From NCBI GenBank assembly GCA_015661745.1, contig DQVL01000033.1, positions 1-12,141 on the forward strand: a stretch of 12,141 bases of DNA, written 5' to 3'. Position 1 is the first letter of the stretch. Every line of letters starts with the position of its first letter. Made by a program: the position numbers and the translations under genes. The notes beneath the pieces are model-generated. The model had not been told where the DNA came from. It did not search any database and saw only the letters and a list, made by a program, of their open reading frames with translations. Positions 5,617-12,141 of the stretch are shown one piece after another. The stretch is from Thermoprotei archaeon. GTDB taxonomy: Archaea; Thermoproteota; Nitrososphaeria; Geothermarchaeales; JDFR-13.

Positions 5617-6725
5617 TGTTAGTTAGAAAGGTTATTAAGGCTAAGATATTGGATGAAACAAATAAAAGAAAGCTTGAAGTGTTGGAGAGAGAATACAATA
5701 ACTTCCAGAAAGCCTTGAAAGGAGAAGATGTTAAGCTTTATTCAGCGACAAAACAGCAAGCTGAGAGATTATTAATGAAAATTAAGAAGCAAAACGGTGG
5801 AAAACTTAGACGAAAAGAGTATCCATTAATTCTGAGGAACGATGTTTATAGAGTGTGGGATGTCAAAGTAACTGACAACAAGCTAACGAAATACTGGATT
5901 AAGATTCCTATTTATGGAATTAGAGGCGGTGTGAATCTACCAATTAGACCTCATTGTGAATTAGACATGAGCTGGAGATTTAAAGAGGCTAAAGTTATCA
6001 GAAAGAAAAATGGCTGGTTTGTGCACATAACGGTGGAGAAGGAAGTAGAAATTAAGAGAGAATACGACAACATTCTTGCTATTGATTTAGGAATAAAATG
6101 GATTGCCACAGTCGTTTCAACAGCTGATAATAGACCAAAATTCTATGGAAAAGAGCTAAGAAGAGTTAGGGGACATTATTTCTATCTTAGAAGAAAGCTC
6201 GGGAAACTAAAGAAGTTTAAAGCTATAAAGAAGATTGGAAACAAAGAAAGGAGAGTGGTTAATGACCTTCTACACAAGATTTCAAGAGAGATTGTTAACA
6301 GAGCCAAGAAGGAGAATGCTATGATAGTATTGGGTGATTTAAAAGGAATAAGAAATCAAGACAAGGGAAGGAGGTTTAACAGAAAGTTAAACTCATTTCC
6401 ATACTATCGATTATCTAAATTTATAGAATACAAAGCAGTTTGGGAGGGAATAGCAGTAATAAAAATCAATGAAGCTAACACATCGAAGCTATGCTCCCGT
6501 TGTGATTCTCAAGGTTTGAGGCACAACGGGAGATTTGTATGTCCAAAATGCGGAGTAGAGTTTAACGCAGATTATAACGGAGCTTTAAATATTTTGAAAC
6601 GAGCCCTTGGGTATATCTCAAGGGCAGGGGCTGGTTTGACACAGCCCATAACTCGGGAGGATGAGTGGAAGCCACGACAAACCGAGAATCTCCCGGCTTT
6701 AGCCGTGGAGAGTGTCAACTATTAA
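5616..6725 (+). CDS. tnpB: TnpB (IS605 OrfB) RNA-guided RuvC-like nuclease
   Basis: RuvC triad candidates in ILAIDLGIK, IEYKAVWEGI and FNADYNGALNI. Zinc finger CSRCDS...CPKCG. TAATG one-nt overlap with the tnpA stop. 369 aa, with an apparently intact catalytic set. Confidence 0.9.
   Translation: MLVRKVIKAKILDETNKRKLEVLEREYNNFQKALKGEDVKLYSATKQQAERLLMKIKKQNGGKLRRKEYPLILRNDVYRVWDVKVTDNKLTKYWIKIPIYGIRGGVNLPIRPHCELDMSWRFKEAKVIRKKNGWFVHITVEKEVEIKREYDNILAIDLGIKWIATVVSTADNRPKFYGKELRRVRGHYFYLRRKLGKLKKFKAIKKIGNKERRVVNDLLHKISREIVNRAKKENAMIVLGDLKGIRNQDKGRRFNRKLNSFPYYRLSKFIEYKAVWEGIAVIKINEANTSKLCSRCDSQGLRHNGRFVCPKCGVEFNADYNGALNILKRALGYISRAGAGLTQPITREDEWKPRQTENLPALAVESVNY
6604..6719 (+). ncRNA. Predicted 3' part of the TnpB omega-RNA (reRNA) scaffold
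   Basis: Hairpin CCCTTG (6604-6609) with CAAGGG (6619-6624). Hairpin GTGG-AAG-CCAC (6665-6675). Right-end hairpin at 6689-6711. Closing helix GTT(T)GACAC (6634-6642) with GTGTCAAC (6712-6719). The true 5' end is unknown and probably lies further upstream. Confidence 0.5.
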
Positions 6726-6883
6726 GAATTATATTTCCTGTGATGTGTTTAGATAGTTCTATTGGTTATATTGGTTTATTATGTTATGTTTGTAGATATG
6801 TGTTAAATGGAGTTGATGTATTGGTATATCCATTAAATTAGTATGTCTGAATCTAAATATCTATGAGTTTTGTAGGTGATTTT

Positions 6884-7804
6884 ATGAGGGTCTTGGTTAC
6901 TGGGGCAGCCGGCTTCATAGGCGCCTCCCTCTATATATACCTTATTGATAAGGGGTATGAGGTCGTCGGTATAGATTCTTATGAGAGACCTAGTGCACCC
7001 CTCCTATCTATACTTGAGAGGAGGTCTCTAGAGGTTTATAGAGTTGATGTATTGGATAGAGAAGGGCTTAAGAAGGTTTTGGGTGATGTGGATGGTGTAG
7101 TTCATCTCGCAGCCTATATAGATGTTGGGGAGAGTATGGTTCAACCATGGAAATATATTTATAATAATGTATTGGGTACAGCCTCTATATTGGATCTCTG
7201 TAGGGAGGTGGGTATCAATAGATTTATATTTATAAGTTCAGCCTCTGTATATGGTGATCCAGAGTATCTACCTATTGATGAGGAGCATCCCCTTAAACCA
7301 CTATCTCCATATGGATATAGTAAAGTTCTTGGGGAGTATATAGGGAAGATGTATTCAGAGGTTTATGGTATGGATGTTATTATACTGCGGTTGTTTAATG
7401 TATATGGTTTTGGACAGTCGAGTGAATATGCAGGTGTGATAGCGAAGTTTATCGATAGGGTTTTAGATGGTCTACCCCCAGTTATATATGGGGATGGACT
7501 GCAGACTAGAGACTTTATATATGTATATGATGTATGTGAAGCGATATCCCTAGCCCTTAGATATAGAGGGGGATATGAAATATTCAATATAGCATCTGGT
7601 AGGGATGTATCCATTAGGGATTTGGCATACCTAATTATCAACCTCTCGGGTCGGGATCTCAAGCCTATATATATGGAGGCTAGGGAGGGTGATATAAGAT
7701 ATAGTGTAGCGGATATATCGAGGGCTAGGGAGAGGCTTGGATTCACCGCTAAAACTGATTTAGAGGATGGTATAAAGAGTATGTTGAGTCAGTATATGGG
7801 ATGA
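6884..7804 (+). CDS. NAD-dependent epimerase/dehydratase (GalE-like SDR)
   Basis: Starts MRVLVTGAAGFIG (Rossmann fold). YxxxK in SPYGYSK. TATA-like CTAAATAT (6853-6860) sits about 27 nt upstream of ATG 6884, so the ORF-track ATG at 6863 is probably not used. Confidence 0.85.
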   Translation: MRVLVTGAAGFIGASLYIYLIDKGYEVVGIDSYERPSAPLLSILERRSLEVYRVDVLDREGLKKVLGDVDGVVHLAAYIDVGESMVQPWKYIYNNVLGTASILDLCREVGINRFIFISSASVYGDPEYLPIDEEHPLKPLSPYGYSKVLGEYIGKMYSEVYGMDVIILRLFNVYGFGQSSEYAGVIAKFIDRVLDGLPPVIYGDGLQTRDFIYVYDVCEAISLALRYRGGYEIFNIASGRDVSIRDLAYLIINLSGRDLKPIYMEAREGDIRYSVADISRARERLGFTAKTDLEDGIKSMLSQYMG

Positions 7805-7853
7805 TCAACCTCTATACAATATATAGTGAGTGATTACCCTATATCTATTTTCT

Positions 7854-8405
7854 TCATCCATGGCTTGATCTAACTAAATCTTTTATGGCTCTACCTATCT
7901 CCTCGGCCAACGTCTCTGGGTCGTCAAATATGTTTATCTTGGTCAGCCTCCTCCTATCTATATATGGGCTTAACAAACCAATTTTATCTGTTGAGTATCC
8001 CTTCCCAGTTAATATATAGATTGGTTTAGACTCTGTATATGCAGTTATAATCTCTAGTATAGAGCCTGCCTCTCCACCCAATGCTATAAATATGTCGGAG
8101 CTTCTAACCATCGGTATACTCCTCATCCTCATTGATAGTCCCAGCTTAAGAACTATGACGTCATGGGGATACTCTAGATCCTCCAGGTCTAGAGGTGGAA
8201 AAAGTATTATTTGACCACCCTTCTCCCTTATAACATCGACGATATCCCTCATTAACCCCCAGTATCCACCTAGGAGGAAAACTATCTCTCTATATCCATC
8301 TGTAAGTTTATACAGCTTCTCAAGGAACACCTTTATATCCTCCCTATCCTTCGGCTTTGGGTCTCCACTATATGCTGCGAAACATATTTTAATCATTATT
8401 ATCAC
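7854..8405 (-). CDS. TIGR00725 / LOG-like (SLOG superfamily) Rossmann-fold protein
   Basis: Motifs LLGGYWGLMRDIV and ALGGEAGSILEI. The start at 8405 is GTG; ATG 8396 (MIKICF...) is an alternative. Confidence 0.65.
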   Translation of the reverse strand: MIIMIKICFAAYSGDPKPKDREDIKVFLEKLYKLTDGYREIVFLLGGYWGLMRDIVDVIREKGGQIILFPPLDLEDLEYPHDVIVLKLGLSMRMRSIPMVRSSDIFIALGGEAGSILEIITAYTESKPIYILTGKGYSTDKIGLLSPYIDRRRLTKINIFDDPETLAEEIGRAIKDLVRSSHG

Positions 8406-8456
8406 ATTTAAACTATATAATCCCTATTTTAAGAATCGATATTAGATAGTATATAT

Positions 8457-9350
8457 ATGGATGTCTCCAGCCGTGTAATGATACCATTAGTTACACCTTT
8501 TAATAGGGATTATAGCCTTGATATCGAGTCTTTTAAACTACATGTAGAGAGGCTATATAACTCGGGGGTTAGATATTTCTTTCCATCATCATCAACGGGT
8601 GAGATGGATAGGCTTGGTATTGAGGAGGTAGCCCAACTAGTCAATGTTTTGAGGGAATGCCTAGGCGATATACATATATATCCAGGGATATTCTCCCATG
8701 GGGTTTCAGAGGCGCTTTCGAAGATTGAATATCTGGATAAGTCGTGTGATGTAGATGGCTATATAATACCTACACCATCATACTTCAAATATGGTTTGAA
8801 TTCACTCTATAAATTCTATTCAGAGATATTAGCCAATACTGAGAAGGAGGTTATAATATATGTTATACCATCTAATACCGGTATCCTTCCAGAGCCACAA
8901 CTATTTAGGATGCTTAGGGAGAGATATAGTAATTTGGCTGGTGTGAAGATTACATATAACGATATAACTTATCTAAGGGATGTACTAGATATTACATATG
9001 ATGGATTTAAAGTCTATGTAGGCTCTGATCTACTTAGCCTACCAAATCTTATGCTGGGGGGATATGGAGTAATTCCAGGGCTTGGAAATATCTTTCCAAA
9101 GTTATATATTGAGATGTATAGAAAATTTTATGGGAGTAGATATGGTGACGCCATAAATCTATATCGACTCTTAGCTAAAATCACTAATATATTTAAGATC
9201 CCCTATATGTTTCCAGCTGTAATTAAGTATACTCTTGAAGCTCTTGACCTAGGCATAAAAAGATTTGTTAGACCCCCGATGGAGGAGGTTGATGATAGAT
9301 ATAGAGATGAGATATTGGATGTGGTGAATATCTATGGAGGATATATTTAG
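8457..9350 (+). CDS. DapA/KdgA-family class I aldolase (dihydrodipicolinate synthase / 2-keto-3-deoxy-sugar-acid aldolase family)
   Basis: MIPLVTPF, SSSTGE (GTTGE equivalent), Schiff-base lysine context AGVKITY, C-terminal RPPMEEVDD resembling archaeal KDG aldolases. TATA-like ATTTTAAG lies about 27 nt upstream. Confidence 0.75.
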   Translation: MDVSSRVMIPLVTPFNRDYSLDIESFKLHVERLYNSGVRYFFPSSSTGEMDRLGIEEVAQLVNVLRECLGDIHIYPGIFSHGVSEALSKIEYLDKSCDVDGYIIPTPSYFKYGLNSLYKFYSEILANTEKEVIIYVIPSNTGILPEPQLFRMLRERYSNLAGVKITYNDITYLRDVLDITYDGFKVYVGSDLLSLPNLMLGGYGVIPGLGNIFPKLYIEMYRKFYGSRYGDAINLYRLLAKITNIFKIPYMFPAVIKYTLEALDLGIKRFVRPPMEEVDDRYRDEILDVVNIYGGYI

Positions 9351-10167
9351 GGTTAGGAAGATAGTTACCCATGGTGGGAATGCCCACCTAGATGATCTAT
9401 TGGGCTCCGCCCTCCTAGCATTTAAATATAATGTACCTATAGAGAGGGTATCCTCTGTAGATTCTTTTGAGGCTGAGACTATATATCTTGATATTGGAGG
9501 TCGTTATCAACCACCATATTTCTTGGATCATCATCAATCGATTGATATCCCATGTAGTCTCGTACTAGTTATTAGGCATCACTTTCCAGAGCTAGTTAAA
9601 TATGATATTCCAGATATTAGATATATTGATGTAAGGGATAGATATGGTATGATTAAATATATTAATTGTCTCCTCCCAAGTGAAATACTGTTTTTTGAGA
9701 GGATGTTTACTAGGTGGTTTGCATCGATAACATATATCTCTCCAGAGGATGATGAATATAGTATACTTGTATGGCTGGGAAAGAAGTTCTACAACTATAT
9801 CAGGAGTAGGAGTGAAGAGATTAAGAGGATTGATGATGTTCTATCGAAGGCAGATCGATATATCTATAACGATGTAAATATACTACTCCTCGACGAGGAT
9901 CTTCCACCCCATGAAGTAGCTCTTAGGATGAGGGATATCCATGTAGTTATACAGCCTAGTTCTAGAAATAGGGATCACTATAATATTATAAAGTTGGCTC
10001 CACACCAGGATTACATAAGTTTAGATGATGTTGCTGAATACCTTATGGAGAGGGGTAAACTAGTCTTCTACCATGCAAATAAATTTATGTTAGTATCTGA
10101 AGACCTTGAATCGGCTCTTGAGGCTATAAAGAAAATTAAATATGTAAATATATCCAGGGATAAATGA
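9334..10167 (+). CDS. MYG1/UPF0160-family metal-dependent hydrolase
   Basis: VTHGGNAHLDDLLGSALL and DIGGRYQPPYFLDHHQS match the MYG1 signature (THxGxFHxDE ... DxGGxYD...FDHHQ). Overlaps the upstream gene by 17 nt. Confidence 0.65.
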   Translation: MEDIFRVRKIVTHGGNAHLDDLLGSALLAFKYNVPIERVSSVDSFEAETIYLDIGGRYQPPYFLDHHQSIDIPCSLVLVIRHHFPELVKYDIPDIRYIDVRDRYGMIKYINCLLPSEILFFERMFTRWFASITYISPEDDEYSILVWLGKKFYNYIRSRSEEIKRIDDVLSKADRYIYNDVNILLLDEDLPPHEVALRMRDIHVVIQPSSRNRDHYNIIKLAPHQDYISLDDVAEYLMERGKLVFYHANKFMLVSEDLESALEAIKKIKYVNISRDK

Positions 10168-10169
10168 GG

Positions 10170-10425
10170 TTATCTCCTTGTTGCTCGCAAGACCCATTCC
10201 GAAAGGGAGGGGATAAGTAAGGGGAGCGATAGTTTTAAATATTCCTAAGAACCTAAAAATTTTCTGGGATGTTCCCATTAAGAATATGATCTGAATAGCC
10301 CATGCCTTAACGAGAGGCGTGGGAGGGAGGAGTTGTGAACCCCCCAAAACCCCCAGATGAAGTATTGGCGGGGAGCCAACATGGAATGGGAGAAGCCCCA
10401 TCCATCAATACGGGGGTAGTTTACA
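10170..10425 (+). repeat. Copy D (full length) of the repeat family
   Basis: Collinear with 4164-4409. It fills the whole gap between the MYG1-like stop codon (10165-10167) and the sirtuin GTG start (10426). Confidence 0.75.
10234..10241 (+). promoter_or_regulatory. TATA box inside repeat copy D, oriented toward the sirtuin gene
   Basis: AGCGATAGTTTTAAATATTCC is conserved with copy C. The predicted TSS is near 10264. Confidence 0.5.
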
Positions 10426-11181
10426 GTGTCTAATATAGATAATGAGCTTATTGTTAAGGCAGCTGAATACATATATAGAGCTAAGAACCTCATCGTCTTT
10501 ACAGGTGCTGGGATGAGTGCAGACTCTGGGATACCAACTTTTAGGGGGGAGGATGGGCTATGGAATAGATATAGGCCTGAGGATCTAGCGACTTTAGATG
10601 CATTCCTTAGTGATCCTGTGAAGGTTTGGAGATGGTATCTATGGAGGATATCGAGGCTTAAATCGGTTAAGCCTCATAAGGGATATAATGTATTGAGTAG
10701 ATGGTATCGAATTGGTATCCTTAAATATGTTATTACCCAGAATGTAGATGGACTCTTTATCGAATCCGGTATCGATAAAGTTATAGAGTTACATGGAAAT
10801 ATATTGAGGGCTAGATGTACATCATGTAGATATAGCTCTCCAATAGATAAATTGGATAGGTCTTCACTACCTATTATATGTCCTAGATGCTATGGACTTA
10901 TGAGACCAGATGTTGTATGGTTTGGTGAACCCCTCAACCCATCTATACTTGATAAGGCTTATCAATTGGCTAGGGAGTCGGATGTGATGCTCGTCATAGG
11001 TACTAGTGGGGTGGTATATCCAGCAGCTTATATACCATATATAGCTAAGGAGTCTGGCTCTAAAGTTATAGAGATTAATGTTGAGGAGTCTATGATTACA
11101 GAGATATCAGATATCTTTATAGGTCTTAGAGCTGCTGAGGCATTGACCTATATAGATAAATATTTAAGTAGGTATAGATAA
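10426..11181 (+). CDS. cobB: NAD-dependent protein deacylase (Sir2/CobB sirtuin)
   Basis: GAGMSADSGIPTFRG, QNVDGL, LHG, and zinc ribbon CTSC...CPRC. GTG start. Confidence 0.9.
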   Translation: MSNIDNELIVKAAEYIYRAKNLIVFTGAGMSADSGIPTFRGEDGLWNRYRPEDLATLDAFLSDPVKVWRWYLWRISRLKSVKPHKGYNVLSRWYRIGILKYVITQNVDGLFIESGIDKVIELHGNILRARCTSCRYSSPIDKLDRSSLPIICPRCYGLMRPDVVWFGEPLNPSILDKAYQLARESDVMLVIGTSGVVYPAAYIPYIAKESGSKVIEINVEESMITEISDIFIGLRAAEALTYIDKYLSRYR

Positions 11182-11196
11182 AAAGTGGTTAAGGGA

Positions 11197-12141
11197 TTAG
11201 GTGAAGTAGGCGCTGTAGAAGAAGAACATCTCTCCACCAGGATGTATGAATACCCCCTCAAGATTCTTGTTGACAGCCAATAGATTCTTCTGGGTATAGA
11301 GGAATATCCATGGTGCATCATCCCATATAATCTCTATAGCCCTCCTATAAAGCTCCTTCCGTCTCTCTGGATCGAGCTCCTTCATAGCCTGATCCAATAA
11401 CGTATCGACCTCCTCATTCATGTATCTAGCTATTCCAAGCCCATTTGGAATTGCTACGCTGCTATGGAACTGGGCATATAATGTAAAATGTGCATCAGCC
11501 ACTCCAGGACCCCATCCAACTAATACTAGGTCGAAGGTAGTCTCCTCTGTAGGCTTCAAGATTTCCGCTACAAAGGATGGCCAGTCCATCGTTATCAACT
11601 CTACCTCGATACCTATCTCCTGGAGATATGCCTGTACAGCCTCGGCAACCTGTTTATCCTGTAGATATCTCCCGGTTGGATGCATAAGTTTCAGAGTTAG
11701 TCCATCTCCATATCCAGCCTCCTCAAGTAGTTGCCTAGCCAGGTCAGGGTTATATTCATATACATCCATAGGTGTATAGCCGAAGAAATGTGGTGGTATC
11801 GGTGCATCGGCTACTACACCCAATCCATATAGGACCTTATCAACTATAGCCTCTTTATCCACTGCATAGTTTAGAGCCTTCCTAACCCTCTCATCTAGGA
11901 GTGGTCCCTTCGGCATCAATCCAATTAATAAGATTCTATTTGTGATTGGTGTATATAGCTTTACATTAGGGTCTTCCTCCAATCGATCCTTATCTGAGGC
12001 AGGTGGTAGGAACGCTACATCTACATCCCCAGCTAGGAGAGCCGCCTCTCTAGTGCCGGCTTCAGGTATTATCTTCCAGATAATCGTCTTTATCATTGGT
12101 TTATCACCCCAGTAGTTCTCGTTTCTCTCGAGGATTATCTC
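11197..12141 (-). CDS. ABC transporter substrate-binding protein, family 5 (peptide/nickel/oligosaccharide type), C-terminal part
   Basis: The frame stays open to the window edge and reads EIILERNENYWGDKPMIKTII..., so the Met at 12096 is internal. The N-terminus lies outside the window. Confidence 0.8.
   Translation of the reverse strand, partial: EIILERNENYWGDKPMIKTIIWKIIPEAGTREAALLAGDVDVAFLPPASDKDRLEEDPNVKLYTPITNRILLIGLMPKGPLLDERVRKALNYAVDKEAIVDKVLYGLGVVADAPIPPHFFGYTPMDVYEYNPDLARQLLEEAGYGDGLTLKLMHPTGRYLQDKQVAEAVQAYLQEIGIEVELITMDWPSFVAEILKPTEETTFDLVLVGWGPGVADAHFTLYAQFHSSVAIPNGLGIARYMNEEVDTLLDQAMKELDPERRKELYRRAIEIIWDDAPWIFLYTQKNLLAVNKNLEGVFIHPGGEMFFFYSAYFT

Larger units (their letters stand above)
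5121..6719 (+). mobile_element. Complete IS200/IS605-family insertion sequence (tnpA + tnpB)
   Basis: TTAC (5117-5120) flanks the left end. Candidate left-end hairpin CTTATGAA-TTTA-TTCATGAG (5138-5157). Right-end imperfect hairpin TCTCCCGGC-TTTA-GCCGTGGAGA (6689-6711), followed by GTGTCAAC with TCAA at 6715-6718. This parallels the IS608 TTAC/TCAA cleavage sites. Ends are uncertain by about 10 nt. Confidence 0.8.

Noticed and set aside
10161-10430. The idea that copy D split an ancestral ATGA stop/start overlap (ATG at 10164) from the rest of the sirtuin ORF
   Set aside because: Whether ATG-AGG joins in frame to GTG 10426 depends on element boundaries that I can place only to within 1-10 nt. 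With a right end after TTAC (10424), the reconstructed junction is out of frame. Not supportable without an empty-site comparison.
7854-11181. SLOG/LOG-like protein plus Sir2 as a split Thoeris-ThsA-like (SIR2 + SLOG) defence module
   Set aside because: The sirtuin has the complete canonical deacylase signature (GAGxS, QNVDGL, HG, four-Cys zinc ribbon) and a typical CobB size. The LOG-like gene is on the opposite strand, 2 kb away, separated by metabolic genes. No ThsB/TIR-like gene is present. Housekeeping roles are more parsimonious.

Overview
AT-rich archaeal window, crenarchaeon-like: TATA boxes sit about 27 nt upstream of leaderless starts, GTG/TTG starts are used, and toxin-antitoxin genes are dense. 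The left half (1-6720) is an accessory island. It holds a frameshifted AbrB-type antitoxin relic, a two-gene cassette (minimal ABC/AAA_21-type ATPase plus an uncharacterised 197-aa partner), a HEPN-MNT pair, two VapBC pairs, and a complete IS200/IS605 element (tnpA + tnpB). The right half (6880-12141) looks like housekeeping: NAD-dependent epimerase, TIGR00725/LOG-like protein, DapA/KdgA-family aldolase, MYG1-like hydrolase, a canonical sirtuin, and a partial family-5 ABC substrate-binding protein. The main unannotated signal is a repeat family with two full ~250-nt copies and two partial ones, all on the + strand. It carries no conserved ORF. Each full copy has an internal TATA box followed by a GC-enriched ~160-nt module. 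That module is homologous to the 3' tail and right end of tnpB and keeps the same helices with compensatory changes. I read these as tnpB-less omega-RNA-like MITEs. A solo IS left end sits where a tnpA promoter would be, directly upstream of the ATPase cassette. The two top candidates for something new are the ATPase + partner cassette (possible defence module, possibly an IS200/IS605 passenger) and the orphan omega-RNA-like elements. No homology search or fold calculation could be run, so all family calls rest on motifs read by eye.
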